Shown: positions 51,997-64,000 of the stretch, piece by piece | Layout of the letters: every line of letters starts with the position of its first letter | Position numbering within the stretch: position 1 is the stretch's first letter | From: Octopus sinensis | Taxonomy: Eukaryota | Length of the DNA stretch: 64,000 bases | Assembly: GCF_006345805.1 (NCBI RefSeq) | Contig: NC_043022.1 | Coordinates: 2,170,001-2,234,000 of the forward strand | Direction: 5' to 3' | Position numbers and translations under genes: made by a program | Notes under the pieces: model-generated | Told to the model about the DNA's origin: nothing | The model's database searches: none | The model's input: only the letters and a program-made list of their open reading frames with translations

Positions 51997-52671
51997 AACA
52001 ACAAACAAGATGAGGACAAATATCCGTCAAATGTAAATGATGTAAATAATGTAAATATGTTTGAATCTGAAGACAGAAAGGAGAGGAAGAAACAAAAAGG
52101 AGACATTTGAATATCAAATCCTTAATTTTTTTCCCTTTTTTTTTTTGTTAATCTTTCTCTTTAGCCATTAAGCGAATTTACTATATTTCGCCTCCTAAGT
52201 TCTTTCTGTTTTACTCTTTACTCTTTTACTTGTTTCAGTCATTTGACTGAGGCCATGCTGGAGCACCGCCTTTAGTCGAGCAACTCGACCCCGGGACTTA
52301 TTCTTTGTAAGCCTTGTACTTATTCTATCGGTCTCTTTTGCCAAACCGCTACGTGACAGGGACGTAAACACACCAGCATCAGTCATCAAGCAATGCTAGG
52401 GGGACCAAACACAGACACACAAACATATGCACACACACACACACACATATATATATACTCTTTTACTCTTTTACTTGTTTCAGTCATTTGACTGCGGCCA
52501 TGCTGGAGCACCGCCTTTAATCGAGCAACTCGACCCCGGGACTTATTCTTTGTAAGCCCAGTACTTATTCTATCGGTCTCTTTTGCCGAACCGCTACATG
52601 ACAGGGACGTAAACACACCAGCATCAGTTATCAAGCAATGCTAGGGGGACAAACACAGACACACAAACATA

Positions 52672-52717
<46 letters not shown>

Positions 52718-53540
52718 CATATTTCGACGGGCTTCTTTCAGTTTCCATCTACCAAATCCACTCACAAGGCTTTGGTTCGCCCGAGGCCATAGTAGAAGAC
52801 ACTTGCCCAAGGTGCCACGCAGTGGGACTGAACCCGAAACCATGTGGCTGGTAAGCAAGCTACTTACCTCACAACCACTCCTACGCCTATAATGGAACTG
52901 CGATATTCTTCATTTCCAAAGAGGCTGAAAATGTTTGTTGACCAGAGAGATTAAGGGGTGGAGAGGGGTGGGCAGGTGGGGGGAAAAGAATGTTTACAAA
53001 AAACGCATATCTTTTTCCGTAGAGCAGTCTCTGGAAACTGAAGAAAAAAAAACTGATTCCAGCTGTAAGTATTTTAGTCATGGAATACACAACCAGAATC
53101 ACTAAAAGATGTACCCATATTGATTGTCTTGTTCACTTTTAATTCTTCTCTCTCTCTCTCTCTACCTCACTCTCTCTCTCTCTCTCTCTCTCTACCTCAC
53201 TCTCACACTTGGCTGCCTGCACTGCGTAAAGATAACAATAATAATAATAATTATAATCATGTTGTTGTTGTTGATGATGATGATGATGATGGTCACTCTC
53301 ATTGATTTTGACGTAGAATTGTTTGAGGGAAAGGATTTACCAAAGAAAAAAAAAAGGTGGGATTAAAAATAAAAGAAGCTGCATCTATTTGTGATGGATG
53401 TAATGATGATGATGATGATGATGATAATAATAATAATAACAATAATAATAATAATAACAATAATAACAATAACAATAACAATAACAATAATAATGATGAT
53501 GATAACAATAATAATAAGAACAACAACAATGATAATAATG

Positions 53541-53591
<51 letters not shown>

Positions 53592-54019
53592 GATGGATGG
53601 AAGCACTCCGTCGTTTACGACGATGAGGGTTCCGGTTGATCCGAATCAACGGAACAGCCTGCACGTGAAATTAACGTGTAAGTGGCTGAGCACTCCACAG
53701 ACACGTGTACCCTTAACGTAGTTCTCGGGGATATTCAGCATGACACAGAGAGTGACAAGGCCAGCCCTTTGAAATACAGGTACAACAGAAACAGGGAGTA
53801 AGAGTGAGAGAAAGTTGTGGTGAAAGAGTACAGCAGGGATCACCACCATCCCCTGCCGGAGCCTCGTGGAGCTTTTAGGTGTTTTCGCTCAATAAACACT
53901 CACAACGCCCGGTCTGGGAATCGAAACTGCGAGTTCGCTGCCCTAACCACTGGGCCATTGCGCCTCCACTATAATAACAATAATAATAATAATAATATTA
54001 ATAGATAATAATAAATAAT

Positions 54020-54550
54020 AAATGTCCTGATGCAGTACCAGGCAGTGGCTCTCATGGCTTCTAATCTTAACTGAATGGAAGTGTTATCATGTACATTGTT
54101 TTGTGTTGGTATAAAAGATGGGCTACAGCAAATATTCTGCTCAATACCACAGATTTGCTTGTCAGTTGTTTGACCTTAACCAGATGAGCATGTCCCTTAG
54201 TGGCTGACAATATGTGCATCTCTGACCACGAGCAGATGTAGTGGGGGAGCATCATAGCCGTGTGTTGAAAGGAATTCTTGGAGGTTTGGATAATTCACCT
54301 TTGAAAACATGGGTGGTTCGTTCAACATCCTTAAACAACCCTTATTCAGGGACCTTTTGAGTGGGATGGAAAATTCTAACTGGGCCCCACCTGCAAGGTC
54401 ATGCTCTGTTTATCTTGTTATGAGATCATCATATGGTTATGATGCATGTGCCTGGTGTACCCTTATCAGACGGATAGTCATGATGGGTATACTGGGTTTC
54501 ATATATTTTACCCCAGTGTCACTTTGATTGCATGCACTGCTCTCTCACTC
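54020..54550. mobile_element. Element 'E', second copy
   Basis: Colinear with 1854-2410, small internal deletions, (AAT)n on both sides. Confidence 0.8.
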
Positions 54551-55072
54551 AATAATAATAACGATAACAATAATAATAACAACAACAATAATGATAATAA
54601 TAATGACAATAATAATAATAATAATGATAATAATCCTTTGTACTAAAGGCGCAAGGCCTGAAATCTGGGAGAGGGAGCTAGTCAATTACATTGACCCCAA
54701 TATTTCACTGGTACTTGATTTATTGACCTTGAAAGGATGAAAGTTGACCTCAGCAGCATTTGAACTCAGAACCTCAAGACGGACGAAATGCCACTGAGCA
54801 TTTTGCTCAGCATGCTAACGATTCTGCCAACTCTCCACCTTAATAACGCTTACTGCAGCATCGATTCTGGCGAGGTTGGTTCTCTTTGGCTTTGAAAACT
54901 CACCAGATTCTTAGAGGAGTTGGCGGAGGGTGGCAAGCTTTGTAACTACTATTACTACCACCACAACTGCCACCACCACCACAACTACTACCATCATCAT
55001 CACCACTAACACCACAACCACCAGCATTACACTCCCCCACCACCACAACCACTGCGACCACATTGACCACTA

Positions 55073-55110
<38 letters not shown>

Positions 55111-55544
55111 GAGTTTACCATTGCCCCTACTACTAGCACCACCATCACAACTGTCCCTATGTCTGGCACCACCACCACCACTGCCACACCACCACTACAA
55201 TCACACCACCTCTGCCACTATCATTGACAACCACCACTGAAATCACTTTTCACCTCCACCACCACCACCACCACTAAAACTATCACCACATTTACCATGA
55301 CCCCCACCACTACTACCAGTACCACCCTTATCCCCACCAATACCCTCTCCCTCCCTCAACAATAAATATGGAGAATACATAATCAATTCTGGTTTCTGTT
55401 AGCGTTAGTATTGAGTAAAAGATTTCGCTTTGGCTTCCTGCCAGAATATCTCAAAGAAACCCAAAGGGTTGTTTGTTGTTGTTGTGTTGTTGGAACTGGT
55501 AAGGTTTGTATAGCATAGCATAGTCGCTCGTCCATCTACCAAGC

Positions 55545-56040
55545 CACAGATCCATCCATAGATCTATCCATCAATCCATCCATCCATCCATTCGTCTATC
55601 CATCCATCCATTCGTCTATAAATCCATCCATCCATAGATCTATCCATCTGTCCATCCATCAATCCATCTGTCCATCCATCCGTCAATCCATCCATCCATT
55701 CGTCTATCCATCTATCCATCTGTCCATCCATCCATCCATCCGTCCATCCATCCCGCCGTCAATCCATCAATTCATCCCTCCCTCCCTCCATCAATCCATC
55801 CATCCATTCATCTATCTATCCATCCATAGATCTATCCATCTGTCCATCCATCCATCCATCCACCCATCCATCCGTCAATCCATTCGTCTATCCATCCATT
55901 AATCCATCTGTCCATCCATCCATCTATCCGTCCATCCGTCAATTCACCCATCTATCCATCCATTCTGCCGTCAATCCATCATCCCTCCCTCCCTCCGTCA
56001 ATCCATCCATCCGTCCACCCATCCAGCCAACCAGCCATAG
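55545..56040. repeat. (ATCC)n compound microsatellite
   Basis: Direct reading. Confidence 0.9.
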
Positions 56041-57579
56041 ATCCCCTCAGCTTTTGTTAAAGCATGTCTCTAAGAGAGGGTCGCTCTGATATAAAACCAG
56101 AAATGCAGGGAATGGCATTGGACATTTTGGGGATCTTTTGTTTCCGCTTGAGATCACGGCATTCCCACATTATTTCTGAACCAGTGACCTATACGAGCAC
56201 TAGAAACCTTACCCAGGTTTGCCTCTCAACCATGTCAACGGGGTGGAGAAGGTCCGTGAGGTGCTGTGCAAGCCTTACTGGACCCAAAACTTTCAGGCTG
56301 CCTGATAACTGGCAAGGTGACTTTCTGAGACCCAGTCGTGTAGGGGGCCACCACCGCAGGCCTGGAAACCATGAATGTGAGCCCAGGTAAAGCCAACCAC
56401 AGGTGAAATAACTTTATACACAGGCATGGCTGACAGTTTGCAAGGGCAATGGTCAGTGATGGTCATCCTCAGTTATGAATGGGCAGCCATCATTGATATA
56501 TGGTATCATCATCATCATCATTTAACGTCCGCTTTCCATGCTAGCATGGCTTGGACGATTTTGACTGAGGGCTGGTGAGCCAGATGGCTGCACCAGACTC
56601 CAATCTTGATCTGGCAAAGTTTCTACAGCTGGATGCCCTTCTGAACGCCAACCACTCTGTGAGTGTAGTGGGTGCTATAAACCCCGATGGACGTGTGGTG
56701 GGGGAGACAGTTGACTTTATGCTAGGGGTATAAGTATATTTATATACACACGCGCACACAACACACACGCATCACGCATGCACACACACGAGTCATGCAC
56801 GCATTACGCACACACACATACAAACAAACACATACACACACATGCACAGAACACATGAACCTATCACGCACACAACACACACACATCACACGTACACACA
56901 CACACACTCACATCAACACATACAACATACCCACACACGTCATGCACACATTATGCACACACACGCACATACAAACACACACAAACACACATGAACCTAT
57001 CATACACACATCATGCAAGCACACATTACGCAAGCACACATACACGCACACACACGTCACAAATACAACATACACACATCATGCAGACATTACACGCACA
57101 CACAGACACACACCATGACTGAGTGAAGATTCAGTTTCAATCCCACCACACAGCATGTGTCCGTTTTTCTTCCCATCCTTGGTCAGTGAGATCTTGAAAA
57201 TTGCCTGAAGTGAAACTGTGCAGAAGCCTACAAAATGAACAATATATTTATTTCAATAGTCCAGCCCCCCCCCTCTCTATCTCTCTCTTTTCTCTCTTTC
57301 TCTCACACATAGTGCCATGCTAATTGTGTCTGAGAATTTCCTTAAGGGTACAAAATATCTGGGAAATGTCGCTCTTTCCTTCTGCTAATATGTGTGTGTG
57401 TGTGTGTGTGTGTGGATGTATGTGTGTCATATATAAATATATATATAAAACTACAAAAACAAACCCTGCACACACCAACCCCCTTTCTCTTCCTCTCTGA
57501 TTCACAGAACTAATGTAAACACATACAAAAACATACATACATACAAAGAGACAGATAGATAGGTAGATAGAAACAGGTA

Positions 57580-57590
57580 TATATATATAT

Positions 57591-57649
<59 letters not shown>

Positions 57650-57704
57650 TACAGGTAGGTAGAGAGATAGATAGACAGACAGATAGAAAGAAAGAAACAG
57701 GTAC

Positions 57705-57747
<43 letters not shown>

Positions 57748-57797
57748 TACAGGTATATATAGATAGACAGACAGACAGATAAAAAGAAAGAAACAGG

Positions 57798-57847
<50 letters not shown>

Positions 57848-57870
57848 TATAGATAGATAGATAGATAGAT
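57580..57870. repeat. (GATA)n microsatellite
   Basis: Direct reading. Confidence 0.9.
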
Positions 57871-58096
57871 ATAAATACACACACACAGAGTTATTGATAT
57901 AGTTGTATAATGGAAATTCCTAAAAAATGAAAAAAAAGAGAAACCAGTTTAGGCAGGTTTTCTGGTCTTTTTTTTTGTATCTTTGTTTTTTGTTTTGTCT
58001 TTGTTTTTTGGGTTTTTTTTAAAAAAAAAAGACTTCTGATGACAATCCTCCATGTAACAAAATAGAAAATAACAACAACAACAATATAATGGTTCC

Positions 58097-58139
<43 letters not shown>

Positions 58140-58192
58140 GCACTACTACTACTACTACTACTACTACACTACTACTACTACTACCAATAATA

Positions 58193-58223
<31 letters not shown>

Positions 58224-59828
58224 CATGATGGTTCTTATTATTAATAATAACAGCATCAGTGGTAACAAAAAATAAAAAAAAAGCTCCCATCCCACAAAAC
58301 TATGCAAAGCAAGTACCACTGGTTGGGTGAGAAAGCATGGAAGGAAAAAGGAAAAAAGGCTGCAATGCAACCCCCACCCATCACACACGCACACACCAAT
58401 TCCACCCCACCGCCACTGCCACCACCACCATCAAAAGAGTCATATTTGTGAGTGTGTACATGTGTACACGTAGGTCATTATCAATGTAAACACCTTCATC
58501 ATCACTATCAGCATCATCACCCCCCACCCGTCGGCATTCGCATACTCTTCTGCCTCCTCCTCATCATCGACATCACCACCATCCTCATCTCCATTGTCAT
58601 CATGATGATGATCATCATCATAAACATAATCATCATCATCATCATCATCATCATCACAATCGCTACCATCACCCCCACCAATATTACCCTCCTCTTCCTC
58701 CTCCCCGTTCACCTCATCATCACCTCTACCTCCGTCATCAACACCACCATCATCATCATCTCCACTGTCACCATCATCATCATGACCATCACCATCATTA
58801 ACAGCTTCATTGTATTACTCTGACATGGTGACATTACGACTGGTGGCTCCCTCTGCACTTTTAAATACTTCTTGGAATAAAATACAAAAATCCCTTACTT
58901 AAGAAACAGGTAATGGTTGACTTTGCCTTTCATCCTTTCGGGGTCGATTAAATAAGTACCAGTTACGCACTGGGGTCGATATAATTGATTTAATCCGTTT
59001 GTCTGTCCTTGTTTGTCCCCTCTGTGTTTAGCCCCTTGTGGGTAGTAAAGAAATAGAAATAGGTATTTCGTCTGCCGCTACGTTCTGAGTTCAAATTCTG
59101 CAGAGGTCGACTTTGCCTTTCATCCTTTCGGGGTTGATTAAATAAGTACCAGTTACGCACTGGGGTCGATATAATCGACTTAATCCGTTTGTCTGTCCTT
59201 GTTTGTTCCCTCTGTGTTTAGCCCCTTGTGGGTAGTAAAGAAATAGGTAATGGTTGGCAACAGGAATGGCACCTGACTACAAAATCCTGCCTCTTCATGA
59301 TTCTCAAAAATTCACTGAAACAAAGGCAGAGTATTTCAACAGCAATATGGTAACAAAAGGCTTAAAGTGATCTCAACGAATACCTTCCTTCCTAATTTCA
59401 GCTTAACCTTTCAAACACTAACTTAATTATGACAAAGCTATTTTACTAAATCCTTCATTAGTTTCAAAATTAATTAAAACAAAGGCAGTGTATTTCATTA
59501 GCAGTGTAGTAATGAAGGCATTACGCTTTTACTCTTTTATTTGTTTCAGTCATTTGACTGCAGCCATGCTGGAGCACCGCCTTTAGTCGAGCAAATCAAC
59601 CCCAGTTCTTTCGGTCTCTTTTGCCGAACCGCTACGTTACAGGGAAGTAAACACACCAGCATCGGTTGTCAAACGATGTTGGGGGGACAAACACAGACAT
59701 ACAAACACACACACACACATATATATATATACAACTAATGTGGGATAAAATTTTTTTCGAAAAAAAAAAATTTTATCAATGGCCAGCATATCAAAAAATA
59801 CCTTTAAAGGTTAAATTTATAAATAACT

Positions 59829-60038
59829 TATAAAATAAGGGCAAAAGAAAAATTCTAATGCCAAATATGCCGAAAAATAGACAAAATTGTCAATAACCAT
59901 TATAATTTAAGCGTCTCAAAACAAGAGACCAATACGGTAATAATGGATGTTTTTAGAAATTTCTAAATTATAATGGTTATTGACAATTTTGTCTTTTTCG
60001 GCATATTTGGCATTAGAATTTTCCTTCTGCCCTCATTT

Positions 60039-60042
<4 letters not shown>
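59829..60042. mobile_element. TA-flanked palindromic MITE, ~80-bp arms
   Basis: 59829-59909 pairs with 59964-60042. Confidence 0.85.
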
Positions 60043-60086
<44 letters not shown>

Positions 60087-61122
60087 CACAAGGAGCATCT
60101 TCCAGTTTCCGTCTACCAGATACACTCACAAGGCTTTGGTCAGTCCGCGGCTATAGTAGAAGGTGCCACACAGTGGGACTGGACCCGGAACAATGTGGAT
60201 GGTAAGCAAGCTACTTACTACACAGCCACTCCTGCACCTAAAGTGATCCAAATTAAAATCTTCCTTCAAAATTTGGGCACCATTTTAGTTCCATATGTCT
60301 AACACTTGTGGACATGCTTACAAAATTTAAAAAAAAGAAATTTAAAAAAAAACAACACCCATGACTTTCAGAAACACTTTTTCATGCTTAGAATTGCTAA
60401 AGCATAGAATAAACTGCCCCTATCAATTACTAGCTGTCAGGACACTTTATCCTTCAAAACTTCCATGTTTATAGAAATTCACCAACAATGAATACACCTG
60501 ATACACCCCACCCTTTTTTGGTAATGACTCATTCATTGCTCACTTCCTGTGCATTATTCTATACTGTCCGTGCACTTTGGTCCACATTTTCTGATGGTTA
60601 TAATGCACCTGGGCACTAGATACAACAAGTTCATTATCATTATCATAATTGCCTTTGCACAGCTTCTAACGCTGGAGGTGTACTACAGTGTCATCCTTTC
60701 GGGGGTCAATAAATTAAGTACCAGTGAAACACTGGGGGAGGGGTCTATGTAATGGACTACTCCCCTCCCCCAAAATGGCTGCTCTTGTGGAAAAATTTGA
60801 AACCATTATTATTAGTGGTGGTTCGTCTCTAAATTATATATAGGCACAGGAGTGACTGTGTGGTAAGTAGCTTGCTTACCAACCACATGGTTCCGGGTTC
60901 AGTCCCACTGTGTGTCATCTTGGGCAAGTGTCTCCTGCTATAGCCCCGGGCCGACCAATGCCTTGTGAGTGGATTTGGTAGACGGAAACTGAAAAAGCCT
61001 GTCGTATATATGTATATATATATAACGGGAAGCTTTATGAAAATAAACAAAAGACGAAGGCAGGTGGAAAACAAACGAACAATTGTATTAGTATGGCGCT
61101 CAGGAAATATAAATAAAACAAG

Positions 61123-61160
61123 TCTTTAACGTTTCGAGCCTACGCTCTTCAACAGAAAGA
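61123..61160 (-). ncRNA. Minimal hammerhead-like motif with A6U core (HHR-3, copy 2)
   Basis: TCTTT-CTGTTGA-A-GAGC-gtag-GCTC-GAAA-CG-TT-AAAGA. Confidence 0.55.
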
Positions 61161-61741
61161 TACACAGAGAGAGAAAAACAAAGAAAGAAGGAGAGAAAAA
61201 AAAAAAAAAATGCGTGCAGTAGCTAACGAATCAACATGGCGATCTGGCGATATATATATATATATATATGTGTGTGTATATGTTTGTGTGTCTGTGTTTG
61301 TCCCCCTAGAATTGCTTGACAACCGATGCTGGTGTGTTTATGTCCCCGTCACTTAGTGGTTTGGCAAAAGAGACCGATATAATAAGTACTGGGCTTACAA
61401 AGAATAAGCCCCGGGGTCGACTTGCTCGACTAAAGGTGGTGCTCCAGCATGGCCGCAGTCAAATGACTGAAACAAGTAAAAGAATAAAGAGTAAGAGCAT
61501 ATACATACAAGATGGGCTTCTTTCAGTTTCCGTCTATCAAATCTACCCACAAAGTTTTGGTTGGCACAAGGCAACAGTGGAAGACACTTGCCCAAGGTGC
61601 CACGCAGTGGGACCGAACCTGGAACCATGTGGCTGGGATGCAAGCTCCTTACCACACAGCCACGTTAAACAAAAGAGCTTAAAACTGCAAAGCCAAACCA
61701 CAAAGCCAGTGGGTTGGTTTTTGGGTCATTCAACCTCTTAC

Positions 61742-61800
61742 CTCCGCCTAATAAATGCTTACCTGAGGTTAAAGAGAAATAACAAGAAAAACAACAAGCT
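61742..61800 (-). other. Candidate recursive splice site or 21-nt microexon
   Basis: ttgtttttcttgttatttctctttaacctcag|GTAAGCATTTATTAGGCGGAG|gtaagag. Confidence 0.4.
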
Positions 61801-62315
61801 GACGAAATCTGTGTTGTCCTTCTCTTCTGAACCAACTTGCCCCACCCCTCCCCTCTCTCTCTCTTTGCTTCTTTTGTTGTTTCTCTTTCCAAAGTATCTC
61901 ACCTAGGTTCATTTCACTCAGGTGTGTGCTTGGTGGGTTTTGTCATTCATTCAGTTAATCTGTATGAATGAAATGCAACAGCTGTCACACCTGACTGCAC
62001 ACACACACACACACACATGCATACAGACATATACTTACAAACTAACACACACATACAAATTCACATATATGCACACACACATACTTAGATTCATATACAC
62101 ATAATTACAAACACACAGAGACAAACACACACACACACACACACATGCATACAGATATATCCTTACAGACAAATGCATAGACATATACTTACAGACATAC
62201 ACACACACACCACACACACACACACACACACATACTTAGACTCATATACACATAATTACAAACACACAGAGACAAACACACACACATGCACGCATACAGA
62301 CATACTTACAGACTG

Positions 62316-62346
<31 letters not shown>

Positions 62347-62452
62347 CTCACACATACATAAATATAGACAAACATACACAGACTCACAAGCACACACACA
62401 TACACGTGCTCATTCACGCACACACATACACACCTATATACACAAATATTAC

Positions 62453-62535
62453 CTTTCACAAACAAGTTATTGTATCCGCTGGAGGCAATTATTGTGCGGA
62501 AACAATCCCCCATTCCATAGAGGGCAGTAGGTTTC
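62453..62535 (-). CDS. Candidate 83-nt exon (KPTALYGMGDCFRTIIASSGYNNLFVK)
   Basis: ctcttgtgctttgtactgtgtcaag|GAAACC...GTGAAAG|gtaata; one open frame; unique sequence. Confidence 0.2.
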
Positions 62536-62831
62536 CTTGACACAGTACAAAGCACAAGAGTTAATGGAGCACAGCATTCAATTTCCTATGCCTGCAATTC
62601 AGGTTCAAACCCTGTCTTGACTGGCTTAAATTCCACACTTGTACAGAAGCGAATAAAAATAGAAGGTGCGTTGCTTAATGGCCAGGGTATCTACCTCTCA
62701 ATTAAAAAGCCCTGACTTTGATTACTGGGGGGCGGGAAGGGCATTGTGACCTTGAGCAAGACAATTTATTTCACTTTGAAAATTACTATCTGTAAATCTC
62801 AAAACGTGAGATATTCAGCAGCAGTACTTTG

Positions 62832-63882
62832 GAGTAAAGATTATTTGCCAACATAACATGGCAGTCCTGGTTTAGGACGAATGTTGCTGTAATTTAGCCC
62901 CAGGAGACATCGTCACCAGCTGGCTATACGACACGATCTGTGTCCTTATAATTTTGAACAGTTATTCTGTGCTGATGAAGGGAAATAACCCCAAAATCGT
63001 GATACACAGATATTATTTTGAGACCCCAGTGCGTAACTGGTACTTAATTTATCGACCCCGAAAGGCTGAAAGGCAAAGTCAACCTTGGCGGAATTTGAAC
63101 TCAGAACGTAATGGCAGATGAAATACCTTTTTCTTTACTACCCACAAATTCGACTTAATCCCTTTGTCTATCCTTGTCAAATGGCTGAAACAAGTAAAAG
63201 AGTAAAAGGGTTAAAGTGATATAAATTAAGGAGATACTTGGCTACCCCAGTTGGTCAAGAAAGGAGAGGAAGGGGAAAAGCAGTTAGGGGGAAAGTTAGA
63301 GGAACGGTCAGACTAGGGGTGCCTAAAGAAGTGCTGATCTCTAAAATTACTACCCACAAATTCGACAGAGAGGACAAACAAGGACAGACAAACGGATTAA
63401 GTGTGTCCAAGGACACATCAAAATCAAAATAAAAATCAAATGGAAATTGTAGTTATGATACCCATGCCGGTGGCACATAATAGGACCATCCAAAACATGT
63501 CTGATGCCAGCGCTGCGTGACTGGCGTCCGTGTCGGTGACCCGTAAAACGCACCAACCGATCATGGTCACTTGATCCCTGTGCCGGTGGCACGTAAAAAG
63601 CACCCACTACATTTGCGGAGTGGTTGGCATTAGGAAGGTCATCCAGCTGTAGAAACACTGCCAGATCAGACTGTTGCCTGCTGCAGCCTCCTGGCTTCCC
63701 AGACCCCGGTAGAACTGTCCAACCCATGCTAGCATGGAAAACGGATGTTAAATGATGATGATGATTATGATGACAGACTGTGTTGTATAGCCAGCTGGAG
63801 ACGATGTCTCCTGGGGCTAAATTACAGCAACATTTGTCCTAAACCAGGACTGCCATGTTATGTTGGCAAATAATCTTTACTC
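62832..63882. mobile_element. Inverted ~109-bp arms enclosing SINE-B and RTE fragments
   Basis: 62832-62940 is the near-perfect reverse complement of 63774-63882. Confidence 0.75.
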
Positions 63883-64000
63883 TAATTTATTTCACGTTGC
63901 TCAAGTCTACTCGGCTGGCAAAAAATGAATTGTGCCTGTAATTCAAAGGGACCAGCCTTGTCACATACTGAAGCATCATCATTTAAGGTCCATTGTCCAT

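Larger units (their letters stand above)
51252..52036. mobile_element. Head-to-head inverted tRNA-head/HHR-tail element, locus 3
   Basis: Minus strand: head 51777-51849, (AAT)n, nested Dong-like 3' end, HHR tail 51252-51387. Plus strand: HHR tail 51901-52036. Confidence 0.8.

Noticed and set aside
53023-53064. Plus-strand 42-nt microexon (ccgtag|...GCT|gtaagt), and a plus-strand acceptor near 34660
   Set aside because: Opposite strand to the better exon candidates, contains an A-run, no partner exons; likely chance.

Overview
Animal, AT-rich, repeat-dominated 64 kb with no long genuine ORF. The SINE, LINE-tail and microsatellite content looks like an Octopus (coleoid cephalopod) genome; this is inferred from repeat families and not confirmed by a search. 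Nearly all ORF-track entries are translations of (TA)n, (CA)n, (CCA)n, (AAT)n or (GAT)n microsatellites. Recognisable content: three abundant tRNA-derived SINE families (here A, B, D); many RTE-LINE 3' ends (one with an ORF2 C-terminal remnant); R4/Dong-like LINE 3' ends inside (AAT)n tracts; a decayed mariner transposase; Helitron pieces; piggyBac- and Tc1/mariner-type MITEs; fold-back palindromes; and several local satellites. A few candidate minus-strand exons suggest the window is mostly intron of a long gene (best candidate 38463-38563, protein not identified). The main signal is a set of minimal type I hammerhead ribozyme (HHR) motifs with palindromic helix III, of the kind known from Penelope-like elements (PLEs), in at least four small element families. 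One family has a Pol III tRNA-like head, an (AAT)n linker and an HHR tail. It occurs twice as a head-to-head inverted pair, once bounded by a 12-bp target-site duplication (TSD), so it is a candidate PLE-mobilised, ribozyme-carrying SINE.
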